Assembly (NCBI GenBank): GCA_017399965.1
Contig: JAFQAP010000003.1
Span: 40,028 to 104,027 of the forward strand
Origin: Clostridia bacterium
Lineage (GTDB): Bacteria; Bacillota; Clostridia; Oscillospirales; CAG-382
DNA length: 64,000 bases
Reading direction: 5' to 3'
Shown here: positions 1 to 7,816 of the stretch, one piece after another
Layout of the letters: each line of letters starts with the position of its first letter
Numbering within the stretch: the stretch's first letter is position 1
Notes under the pieces: generated by a model
The model's database searches: none
Told to the model about the DNA's origin: nothing
The model's input: the letters and a program-made list of their open reading frames with translations, nothing else
Position numbers and translations under genes: made by a program

Positions 1-252
1 CAGAGTCATTAACCCCGAGTTGACAAAGCCTACGACCATAACCGTGGTGGCGGAGGAAGACTGGATAATGGCGGTTACACCCAAACCGGTGAAAAAGCCT
101 GCCAGTTTGCCGGAAGTGAGCTTACCGAGCATTGCCTGCAAAGAACCGCCCGCACGGCGTTCCAAAGCGTTGCCCATAACGTTCATACCGAACAAAAACA
201 GACATAATCCGCCCAACATCGTTAGCAAACTGAAAATGTTTTCTTGTGTCAT
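1..252 (-). CDS. Na/Pi cotransporter family protein, N-terminal 84 codons (gene runs off the left edge)
   Basis: Reverse-strand translation from ATG (252-250) reads MTQENIFSLLTMLGGLCLFLFGMNVMGNALERRAGGSLQAMLGKLTS...GVTAIIQSSSATTVMVVGFVNSGLMTL. This is the conserved first Na/Pi-cotransporter repeat (IQSSSATT). It is absent from the ORF track because no stop lies in the window. Confidence 0.8.
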   Translation of the reverse strand, partial: MTQENIFSLLTMLGGLCLFLFGMNVMGNALERRAGGSLQAMLGKLTSGKLAGFFTGLGVTAIIQSSSATTVMVVGFVNSGLMTL

Positions 253-359
253 TTTGTTTTTTTCTCCTTATATATATAAATGTTTTCCAATTTCCGCCAT
301 TTTAATAATAGCACAAAGAAAAAAGCATTTCAATTGGGAAAAAAGTAAAAGATAAAAGG

Positions 360-726
360 CGTTTTTTGTTTGTTTTTGGGTTTTTATACAGACATCGGTT
401 TGGTGCGAACAGCTTGCGGGATGACGGCGGGGTTCCCCGCAAAACCGCAGGTTTTGTGGGGTGCAGGCGGGGACGTCATCCCCTACGGTCTGCAAACAGC
501 CACGGCTGTTCGATAATCGTAGGGGACGATATCCCTATCGTCCCGCTAATAATTATATTTGTTTTTTGCTCCGCAAAAAACTACCGAAATTCCTCATTTA
601 GCGATGCGAAGCGTCGCGTCGCATTCCCGGGGTTCCCCGAAAACGCTATGCGTTTTTGGGGTGGGTTGCCGGGGTTCCCCGAAAACGCTATGCGTTTTTG
701 GGGTGGGTTCCTCATTCCTCATTTTA
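360..726. repeat. Composite hairpin-repeat island
   Basis: Contains CCCC-N8-loop-N8'-GGGG hairpins at 435-461, 635-661 and 677-703. A 42-nt unit is tandemly duplicated (627-668 / 669-710). Also has the TTTTTTGC-tcc-GCAAAAAA hairpin (about 562-580) and CATTCCT heptads. An inverted homolog lies at 4400-4620. Confidence 0.85.
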
Positions 727-727
727 T

Positions 728-756
728 TTGACATTTTAAGTCTTTCGTTGTATAAT
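728..756 (+). promoter_or_regulatory. Sigma-A-type promoter for the desulfurase-thiI operon
   Basis: TTGACA (728-733), 17-nt spacer, TATAAT (751-756), about 35 nt upstream of the ATG at 789. Confidence 0.5.
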
Positions 757-788
757 ATCTTGTTATTATTTTTTGAGGAAAAACAAAA

Positions 789-1889
789 ATGGCTGTATAC
801 TTCGATTACGCGGCGACGCACCCCACGGAAAAAGAAATAATAGAAAAAAGCTTTTTGTTTTGCGGTAATCCTTCCAGCCCGCACGGGTACGGAATTGAAG
901 CCCGCAAGGCGTTGGAAAACGTGCGCCGGGATCTGGCAAAGGTTTTGGGCTGTACTGCGGACGAGGTCTTCTTTACCTCCGGTGCCACAGAATCCAACAA
1001 TACGGCGATATTCGGTGTGTGCAAGGCGAAAAAGCGGTTTTCCAACCGTATCGTTACCGATGACAGCCAGCATCCCTCTGTGTCTGAGCCTATAAAGGCT
1101 TTGGAGCAGGAGGGCTGGGAGGTCGTACGTGTTTCTACAAAAAACGGCGTTCACGACCAAAAGGAGTTAAAAAACGCTTTTTCCGTTCCCGTAGCGCTGG
1201 CGTGCTTTATGTCGGTAAACAACGAAACGGGCGCAAGGTACGATATTAAAAAAATAAAAAAGATAATAGACACAAGCGGATGCGGCGCGCACCTGCATTT
1301 GGATGCGGTGCAGGGATTTATGAAATGCGACGTTACCTCCGATTACCGTCTGTGCGACAGTATTTCCGTTTCCGCCCACAAGATCGGCGGTTTTAAGGGA
1401 ACGGGAGCTTTGGTTATAAAGAAAAACGCAAAAATAAAGCCGCTTATTGTAGGCGGCGGTCAGGAAAAAGGGTTCAGAAGCGGGACGGAGAATATAAACG
1501 GCATACTCTCCTTCGGGGAAGCCTTAAAGCTGTATAACGCGGAAATGCTGCCCGCGGTGTATGATATGACACTTTCCGCCCTGAAAGAAGTGCCTTACCT
1601 GGAATTCAACCTGCCTTTGAGCAGATGTAACCATATAATATCCTGCATCGCCCGCGGGATAAGAAGCGAAACGCTTATCAACTTCCTGTCGTCAAACGGA
1701 GTATACTGCTCCGCTTCCTCCGCCTGCTCCGCGCGGGCGAAGGGAAACACGGTTTTGGAGGCATACGGTGTTAAACAAGAGGATGTTATCTATGCTCTGC
1801 GCATAAGTGTTTCCCCCAAGACTACCAAAGAAGAAATACTCACCTTAAAAGACGCTCTTTTGCAGGGCGGAGAAAGGCTTTTGAAATGA
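789..1889 (+). CDS. Cysteine desulfurase (NifS/IscS class V aminotransferase family)
   Basis: 366 aa. PLP-lysine context SVSAHKIGGFKGTGAL and C-terminal SSACSA active-site cysteine region. GAGGA RBS 9 nt upstream. ATGA overlap with thiI. Confidence 0.85.
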   Translation: MAVYFDYAATHPTEKEIIEKSFLFCGNPSSPHGYGIEARKALENVRRDLAKVLGCTADEVFFTSGATESNNTAIFGVCKAKKRFSNRIVTDDSQHPSVSEPIKALEQEGWEVVRVSTKNGVHDQKELKNAFSVPVALACFMSVNNETGARYDIKKIKKIIDTSGCGAHLHLDAVQGFMKCDVTSDYRLCDSISVSAHKIGGFKGTGALVIKKNAKIKPLIVGGGQEKGFRSGTENINGILSFGEALKLYNAEMLPAVYDMTLSALKEVPYLEFNLPLSRCNHIISCIARGIRSETLINFLSSNGVYCSASSACSARAKGNTVLEAYGVKQEDVIYALRISVSPKTTKEEILTLKDALLQGGERLLK

Positions 1890-3052
1890 AAGAGATAATT
1901 TTACTTAAATACGGCGAGCTGGTGCTTAAAGGGCTCAACCGTTCCACCTTTGTAGCTCTTGTTGAAAAGAACGTGCGCAAAAAATTAAAAGAGGTGGACG
2001 GTGAATTTACCCTTGAATATTCCCAGTCCACAATGTGTATCACTCCTTCCGACGACGCGGATATCGACACCGCATTCGAAAAAATGCTTACGGTTTTCGG
2101 CGTAGTGTCGGTCTGCCGCGGATATAAGTGCGAAAAGGATATAAACGACGTGCTTTCGGCGGTGCGTGAGCACGCGTTTGAGCTGGCGGGGGGCAAAAAG
2201 ACCTTTAAATGCAACGCAAAACGAAGCGATAAAAAATTCCCCTTGAAATCTCCCGAAATTGCCGCACTCTGCGGTGAGGTCATTTTGGATGAGGTGGGAG
2301 GAATTAAGGTTGACGTAAACCATCCCGAAGTTATCGTGACAGCGGAAATCCGCGATACCGCCGCATACGTTCACGGCAACGGCACCCGCGGCGCAGGGGG
2401 AATGCCTACGGGCAGCAGCGGAAGAGCGCTTCTGCTCCTTTCCGGCGGTATTGACAGCCCCGTTGCCGGATATATGATCGCAAAGAGGGGCGTAACTGTG
2501 GACGGGCTGTATTTCGATTCCCCGCCCTATACCTCGGATCTGGCTATGGAAAAGGTGACCACCCTTGCAAGACGGATAAAGGATTACACGGGCAGTATGT
2601 TTTTGAACGCCATAAGCGTTACGGAAATTCAGGAAGAGATTATGAAAAACTGCGAAGACAGAATGCTTACTCTCCTTCTCCGCCGTTTTATGATGCGCAT
2701 TTCCGATAGAATTGCCCACGAGTTCGGTCAGCAGGCGCTTATCACGGGTGAATCTCTCGGTCAGGTGGCTTCCCAGACCTTGGAAGCCCTTGCCGTTACC
2801 AATGCGGTGCCCACCCTCCCCGTGCTCCGTCCCTGTATCGGTATGGATAAGGTGGAGATAACCGATATCGCCCGCAAGATCGGCACTTTTGAAACTTCTA
2901 TCCTCCCCTACGAGGATTGCTGTACCGTATTCACACCCAAACATCCCCTCACCCGCCCCACCCTGGAGCAGATAGAGGAAGAAGAAAAGAAGCTGGATGT
3001 GGAAGGGCTTATACAGCGCGCCATAGAAACGAGAAGAGTAATAAAAATATAA
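1886..3052 (+). CDS. thiI: tRNA 4-thiouridine(8) synthase ThiI
   Basis: 388 aa. THUMP-like N-terminus and PP-loop motif LLSGGIDSPVAGYM. Translationally coupled to the desulfurase. Confidence 0.9.
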   Translation: MKEIILLKYGELVLKGLNRSTFVALVEKNVRKKLKEVDGEFTLEYSQSTMCITPSDDADIDTAFEKMLTVFGVVSVCRGYKCEKDINDVLSAVREHAFELAGGKKTFKCNAKRSDKKFPLKSPEIAALCGEVILDEVGGIKVDVNHPEVIVTAEIRDTAAYVHGNGTRGAGGMPTGSSGRALLLLSGGIDSPVAGYMIAKRGVTVDGLYFDSPPYTSDLAMEKVTTLARRIKDYTGSMFLNAISVTEIQEEIMKNCEDRMLTLLLRRFMMRISDRIAHEFGQQALITGESLGQVASQTLEALAVTNAVPTLPVLRPCIGMDKVEITDIARKIGTFETSILPYEDCCTVFTPKHPLTRPTLEQIEEEEKKLDVEGLIQRAIETRRVIKI

Positions 3053-3071
3053 AAAAACGGTAAAATAAGTA

Positions 3072-3101
3072 TTGACAAACCCTGCCCGAGTGTGATACAA
3101 T
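3072..3101 (+). promoter_or_regulatory. Promoter for tRNA-Gln
   Basis: TTGACA (3072-3077), 18-nt spacer, TACAAT (3096-3101). It is embedded in the inverted repeat cccgagt...actcggg. Confidence 0.5.
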
Positions 3102-3119
3102 ACTCGGGCACGGAAATAT

Positions 3120-3193
3120 AGCGGTATTGTGTAAAGGTAGCACAGCAGACTCTGACTCTGTATGTCTGGGTTCGAATCCTAGTACCGCTGCCA
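3120..3193 (+). tRNA. tRNA-Gln (anticodon CUG), CCA encoded
   Basis: Hand-folded cloverleaf. Acceptor AGCGGTA/TACCGCT, D stem GTGT/GCAC, anticodon stem GCAGA/TCTGT with loop CU-CUG-AC, T arm CTGGG-TTCGAAT-CCTAG, discriminator G, then CCA. Confidence 0.8.
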
Positions 3194-3194
3194 G

Positions 3195-3226
3195 AAAAAA
3201 CGACAAGTTTCGACTTGTCGTTTTTT
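3195..3226 (+). terminator. Rho-independent terminator after tRNA-Gln
   Basis: CGACAAGT-TTCG-ACTTGTCG stem-loop followed by TTTTTT. Confidence 0.8.
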
Positions 3227-3230
3227 CAAT

Positions 3231-3397
3231 TAAATCCGCCTTCTGCGGAATAAATCCACCTGTGGTGGATGAAATCGCTTTGCGATGAAATCTGCCTTGC
3301 GGCAGAAGATGGGCGGATTTGATTTCATCTGAAGCCGAAGGCTGAAGATTTCATCCGAGCTAAGCGAGGATTTCATCGTGCAACGCACGATTTCATT
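3231..3397. repeat. Repeat island with ATGAAAT / ATTTCAT words and small hairpins
   Basis: The left half uses (A/G)TGAAAT linkers and the right half uses GATTTCAT linkers. Hairpins between them include CCACC-tgt-GGTGG, CTGCC-ttgc-GGCAG and CGTGC-aac-GCACG. An outer pairing joins AAATCCGCC (about 3232) with GGCGGATTT (about 3312). Confidence 0.8.
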
Positions 3398-3441
3398 AAC
3401 ATTACTCGGGTTCGAAACCGTATTGCAAAACGCAAAAAATC

Positions 3442-3475
3442 TTTTTTATCCAAGCCAATCGGCTTGGATTTTTTC
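3442..3475. terminator. Bidirectional-looking terminator hairpin
   Basis: ATCCAAGCC-aatc-GGCTTGGAT flanked by an A-run and a T-run. Confidence 0.5.
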
Positions 3476-3587
3476 ATTTTCTGTAATAACCCAAACTCCC
3501 CGCGAAACCGACATCTTCAATTTCCTGCAAGTGAGTTGACTTTAAGTAAAAAATGTTATACACTTATAAAAAGGCGGTGAAGTGTAA

Positions 3588-4334
3588 TTGAAGATAGTAT
3601 TCTTTAAAAACGAGGAGCATTTTCATCCCCGTATCTCCTATACCTGGGATAACGCAGAGGGGATTGGCTTGAAAACAAAGCTTACAAAATATAAAAGCCT
3701 TTTGGTGTTTGCTTTTGCTGTTCCGTTACTTGTCTTCGTTGTTGTTAATTACGAAACGTTTAAAAGTAATCGGCTGTTGTTGCTCGCTGTTGCCTTTTTA
3801 ACCTTGCCCGTACACGAGATCTGCCACGCTCTTTTTTGTTGGGTAGCCGGTAAAAAGGTAGAAAGAATGTGCTTTTTTCCGTATAAACAGTTTATTACAA
3901 AGCCCACCGCCTACGTAAGACCTGCTTTTGACGTTTGGAAAAAGTATCAGGTAGTTCTGTTTAATTTGTTTCCGTTTATTATATTATCTGCGGTTCCTTC
4001 GGTTTTGGCAATTTTTTGCCCGCCTTTAAGAATGTGGCTTTTGTTGATCTCTTTGCTTAACCTCAGCACTTCGGTTTTCGACATTGTTTCTGTAATTCAT
4101 TATTTGCGTTTTCCCAAGGGGCTTCTTTACTTTTTGCATTTTACCCTGAAGGTTACAGATGCAAAAAAGCCCGTGACCATACATCGGATAGCGGTTACTC
4201 CGAAATTGGATAAGATTTATCATACCTGCTTTGTGTATTCCGAAAACGTTCTTACCGAAACGAAGAACGTTTACGACACCCCCGAAACCATTGCGATAAA
4301 ACAGGAGTTCAAAGAGCAATTTAATATGGAATAA
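3588..4334 (+). CDS. DUF3267-like membrane protein (putative zincin, HExxH)
   Basis: 248 aa with a TTG start and several TM helices. HEICH (HExxH) lies at a TM boundary, as in the DUF3267 family. The assignment is by motif only. Confidence 0.55.
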   Translation: MKIVFFKNEEHFHPRISYTWDNAEGIGLKTKLTKYKSLLVFAFAVPLLVFVVVNYETFKSNRLLLLAVAFLTLPVHEICHALFCWVAGKKVERMCFFPYKQFITKPTAYVRPAFDVWKKYQVVLFNLFPFIILSAVPSVLAIFCPPLRMWLLLISLLNLSTSVFDIVSVIHYLRFPKGLLYFLHFTLKVTDAKKPVTIHRIAVTPKLDKIYHTCFVYSENVLTETKNVYDTPETIAIKQEFKEQFNME

Positions 4335-4860
4335 TATATGTCGCTTGCGCGACGTGATATATTGCGTTCCGCAACGTGATATGCCTTCTCACGAATGCGT
4401 GATAATTATTAGCGGGATGACAAGGATTTACCCCACGAATGCTGTTCGCATTCGCAGGGACCCCAAATCGGACGTCATCCCCTACGATTATCGAACAGCC
4501 GTGGCAACTGCGTAGGGGACGTCGTCCCCGCCTGCACCCCACAAAACCTGCGGTTTTGCGGGGAACCCCGCCTGCACCCCACAAAACCTGCGGTTTTGCG
4601 GGGAACCCCGCCGACGTCCCGTAAACTGTATGCACAAACTGCCGTCCATGAGAACCCAAAGTCCGCACAGACAAGCGATGGTAAAAAATCACCACGAAGG
4701 GGTTATATAAATGAACGAGGTTGCGACAAATCGCAAATGATGTGGGCTATCACCCAACGATGTTACGCCTGCGGCGTAAACGATGTTGCGCTTCGCGCAA
4801 ACGGAATCGTAACCATTTGTTAGGTTCGATGATTTATAGTTGATTATTAACCGAAAGTAT
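4335..4860. repeat. Composite repeat island
   Basis: 4340-4412 has GTGATAT words plus hairpins (GTCGC-ttgc-GCGAC, TTGCG-ttc-CGCAA). 4400-4620 is an inverted homolog of 418-556, including a 40-nt tandem duplication (4528-4567 / 4568-4607). 4690-4850 has AACGATG words plus hairpins (TTACGCC-tgc-GGCGTAA, TTGCGC-ttc-GCGCAA). Confidence 0.85.
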
Positions 4861-4892
4861 GGTAAAATTGGATTTGAAAGGCGGTGTTTTCT

Positions 4893-5441
4893 ATGGAAAA
4901 AGTGATTATTACAAAAGCGGAAATAGAAAAGGATATTATCCACGCCATAAAGCATCCTGCCCGCACTCCCCGATGGTTGTATTTTGTGGGATATGCGGCA
5001 GTGTTCGTTGTGATGCTGGGAATAGCATTTTTGGAGAGTTACATAGGAAAAGCGGCGTTTTTTCTGCCCGCGGTGGTTTTGTTTGCCATCCTTTTACTGC
5101 CCTTAGTGAAATATGGTTTAAGGGACAGAAAAGCCGCCAAAGTTTCCATAGATAATTACGTTGTTAAAAAATCCGTGGTAAAGAAGAAAAAGCACGAAAA
5201 ATACGTTAAAATTTCAAAACGCAGAATTACCGTGGTGAATAACTACAATATTTTCTTTGAAAAAGAGCGTGTTTGGCGTATTCCCGATGAGCTTTATTGG
5301 TGGAGCGAAAAATGCTCTATGTCCGATATTTCGGTTTTTGAAAAGACCGAGCAGGGCGACGTTTTTTATACGGTCTGCGAAAAGAAAAGCGGTAAGATAG
5401 TTATGGCGTATAACACCGAAGTTTTTGAATACGAAGCATAA
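4893..5441 (+). CDS. Hypothetical membrane protein (2 predicted TM helices)
   Basis: 182 aa counted from the ATG at 4893, which has GAAAGGCGG about 10 nt upstream. The track start at 4884 is a GTG inside the RBS. No recognisable family. Confidence 0.5.
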   Translation: MEKVIITKAEIEKDIIHAIKHPARTPRWLYFVGYAAVFVVMLGIAFLESYIGKAAFFLPAVVLFAILLLPLVKYGLRDRKAAKVSIDNYVVKKSVVKKKKHEKYVKISKRRITVVNNYNIFFEKERVWRIPDELYWWSEKCSMSDISVFEKTEQGDVFYTVCEKKSGKIVMAYNTEVFEYEA

Positions 5442-5485
5442 ACCAAAGTCTGCGCTAAAAACGCAATAAAAAAAGAAGGAATCCG

Positions 5486-5692
5486 TTTGGCGTGATACTC
5501 TTAACGGAGTATCACGCCAGTTCTATTCGCCTTTGGCGAGTGATATTGCTACGCAGTGATATTCGGCTTGCGCCGAGTGTTATTCTCTTCGCGAGTTTAT
5601 GGGCGAATAGAATATCACTGTGAGGCGTAGACGAACAATATCACTGCTCGCAAGGGCAATATCACTCTTTGCGAAAGCAAAGAATATCACTC
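5486..5692. repeat. Repeat island with GTGATAT / ATATCAC words and hairpins
   Basis: The left half has GTGATAT(T) words and the right half has (A)ATATCAC words. Hairpins include GGCGTGATACTC...GAGTATCACGCC, TCGGC-ttgc-GCCGA and CTTTGC-gaaa-GCAAAG. A long-range pair joins TTCTATTCGCC with GGCGAATAGAA. Confidence 0.8.
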
Positions 5693-5696
5693 ATAG

Positions 5697-5760
5697 ACAG
5701 CAGAAAAAAGAGAGAGTCTTACGGAATTTTGCTTCCGAAGCACTCTCTCTTCTGTTTTTA
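5697..5760. terminator. Large bidirectional terminator-like hairpin
   Basis: CAGAAAAAAGAGAGAG...CTCTCTCTTCTG stem followed by TTTTT on the + strand and by a T-run on the - strand. It lies between convergent genes. Confidence 0.55.
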
Positions 5761-5854
5761 TTGCAAGTTTCGCATTTGTTTTACAAATGCATCGGGCTGC
5801 GCCCATACCCCTATCTTATTTCTCCGATAAGAACATCACGCTTTTTTGACATTT

Positions 5855-7372
5855 TTATTCCGATACGGTTGATTTTTTGGTTACGTAATCCTTTACAAGC
5901 TGGCGGAACTCCTCTTTATAGGGGTCTTGAGAAAGGTCCAATTTCTCCAATCCGGCGATAAGCTCGTCGAAATTTGCATCGCCCTTGTATTCGGATTCGC
6001 GGAGCAACAGCGCAAATTCCACAACGCCCGCCACAAAGGAATCGGTTTCGGTGGGAATTTCGTGGTATGCCGACGTCTTTATATCCAGAGTGAGTGTTTC
6101 GTCGGTATTTTCACTGCTTACGTTTTCGGTGGGCTTGTATTTTATAACCACCTGGGCAAGATTTTCCTGTGCCTTATGCGCTTTTTCTGTCAGCTTTATC
6201 TCGTACACCACGGTGACGGTGTGACCGCTGCCCAATTCCCCTGCATCTGTGGATTCGTCGTTAAACTGTTCCTCGGTAAGCAGTTTGTTTTCGTAGCCTA
6301 TCAGACGGTAACTTTCCACGTATTCGGGATTAAAGGTGATACCGGCTTTTACGTCCTTCGCCACGGTGACCATACTGCCGCCGATCTGTGTGACCAGCGC
6401 ACGGCGCGCTTCGGTCTGGGAATCAATGTAGCTGTAGGTACCGTTTCCGTTGAGAGCGAGAGTTTCCATGGTTTCGGATTTAAGATTGCCTCTGCCTACT
6501 CCGAACACCGAAAAATACACGCCGGATTCTCTTTTTTCGGATATAAGCTCTTTGAGCGCATCTACGTTGGTGATACCTACGTTAAAATCACCGTCGGTAG
6601 CTAAAATCACACGGTTGTTGCCGCCTTCGATAAAATATTTTTCCGCAAGGGAATAGGCGGCTCTTATTCCCTTACTGCCAGCGGTGCTTCCGCTTGCGGC
6701 AAGGTCTTCGATAATTGCGGTTATTTTTTGCTTTTCGTAACCGAAAGCGCCCTCCAAAACGATCCCTTCCTTGCCCGCATAAGTGACAATGGAAACACGG
6801 TCTTCGGGGTTAAGGTTTTCCGCAAGCATCATAAACGCGGATTGTACCAAGCCCAGCTTATCGGCAGAAAACATAGAGCCGCTTACATCAATAAGAAAGA
6901 CAAGGTTGTTTTTAACCGAGGTAAACTCCACCGCCTGCGCCGCCAAGCCTATGGTGAGAAGCTTGGTTTGGCTGTTGTAGGGTGTATCAAACACCGAAGA
7001 TGTGAGCGCAAGCACCGAACCGTCCTCGGGGGTGGCGTAATCGTAATCAAAATAATTGAGCATTTCCTCTACGCGCACAGCATCCTTGGGAATACTGTAT
7101 CCGTTTTTGATAAGACTGCGCAGATTGGGATAAGCCGCTGTGTTTGCATCAATGGAAAAATAACTGCTGTCCTGTTCGGTGGTTAAAACAAACTTGTTTT
7201 CAATAATTTCGGTGTAGGTCTCGCCGTTTTCGCCAAGCATTTCGTCTGCCAACGGGCTTCCGTTGGTGTAGTAACCGTCCATCGCATCGTAAGCCGGACT
7301 GCACGCCGCCGAAACCAACATAGCTGATAAAAGAACAAAAGCGAAAATAATTTTTGTTGCTTGTTTTTTCAT
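5855..7372 (-). CDS. von Willebrand factor type A domain lipoprotein (YfbK-like)
   Basis: 505 aa. Lipobox LVSAAC and MIDAS motif LIDVSGSM. The N- and C-terminal regions are typical of vWA/DUF3520 architecture. GGAGGG RBS. Confidence 0.75.
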   Translation of the reverse strand: MKKQATKIIFAFVLLSAMLVSAACSPAYDAMDGYYTNGSPLADEMLGENGETYTEIIENKFVLTTEQDSSYFSIDANTAAYPNLRSLIKNGYSIPKDAVRVEEMLNYFDYDYATPEDGSVLALTSSVFDTPYNSQTKLLTIGLAAQAVEFTSVKNNLVFLIDVSGSMFSADKLGLVQSAFMMLAENLNPEDRVSIVTYAGKEGIVLEGAFGYEKQKITAIIEDLAASGSTAGSKGIRAAYSLAEKYFIEGGNNRVILATDGDFNVGITNVDALKELISEKRESGVYFSVFGVGRGNLKSETMETLALNGNGTYSYIDSQTEARRALVTQIGGSMVTVAKDVKAGITFNPEYVESYRLIGYENKLLTEEQFNDESTDAGELGSGHTVTVVYEIKLTEKAHKAQENLAQVVIKYKPTENVSSENTDETLTLDIKTSAYHEIPTETDSFVAGVVEFALLLRESEYKGDANFDELIAGLEKLDLSQDPYKEEFRQLVKDYVTKKSTVSE

Positions 7373-7469
7373 TGTTTATCCCTCCTTGCCCTTATTTTAC
7401 CATTATAAATATATGTATGTCAATATTAATGCATAAAAATTTACATATATGAAAACTTATCGTAAAAAC

Positions 7470-7812
7470 TGCCGTCTGTAATAACCCAAAATCTGCATAG
7501 ACTATCGTCTATAGAACTCAAAGTTCGCACAAACAAGCGTCTGTAGAACTCAAAGTCTGCACAAACAAGCGATGGTAAAACGCTGGAGAAAAGGTCTTTC
7601 GCGAGCGGTAGCTGTAGTAATCTACAGCCAGCGAAGCGAAAGCCTTTAAAAAACGCAAAATAAAGATAAAAGAACTTCCGTAGATTTTTCTACGGAAGTT
7701 TTCCTTTAATTATGGGTGTTCGGCAGGAGCAAGCCCCTGCCCTACATTTGGAAACGCACTGAACAGAACGATTTATTTCTTGCGTTTTTGGTCTACAGTG
7801 CTTTTACCGAGC
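7470..7812 (-). repeat. Family-B composite repeat (about 300 nt), inverted orientation
   Basis: Reverse complement aligns with 37812-38070, 27013-27325 and 39005-39310. Shared modules are tgtaGGGC.GG...CC.GCC, CCGTAGA-aaaa-TCTACGG, GCTGTAGnnnnCTACAGC and cagcgttttaccatcgct. Confidence 0.85.
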
Positions 7813-7816
7813 GCAA

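Noticed and set aside
627-710. The GGGGTGGGTTCC segment of the hairpin unit as a T-box or other riboswitch core.
   Set aside because: It has only a superficial similarity to the T-box GGGTGGTACC. It lacks stem I, a specifier loop and an antiterminator arrangement, and it occurs in both orientations and in non-leader positions.
366-731. ORFs translated from repeat islands. Examples are 366-731, 559-840, 4321-4695, 11371-11650, 34497-34688, 35479-35795 and 38008-38310, many starting MRNE... or containing SSFLIPHS.
   Set aside because: The peptides are just in-frame readings of heptad words and hairpins (for example PKTLCVFGVG comes from the CCCC..GGGG hairpin). They recur in different frames and strands and have no RBS or coding-like composition.
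3401-3426. A tRNA T-arm-like fragment (actcGGGTTCGAAACCGtattg) about 200 nt downstream of tRNA-Gln, as a possible integration-site (att) remnant.
   Set aside because: Only the T-loop-like GGTTCGAA core is present. It has no acceptor-stem match to the adjacent tRNA and no integrase or foreign DNA nearby.
418-4620. A composite-transposon interpretation of the inverted repeats flanking the desulfurase-thiI-tRNA block.
   Set aside because: There is no transposase, the cargo is core housekeeping, and such repeats are so dense here that inverted pairs are expected. The observation is kept only as a low-weight structural note.
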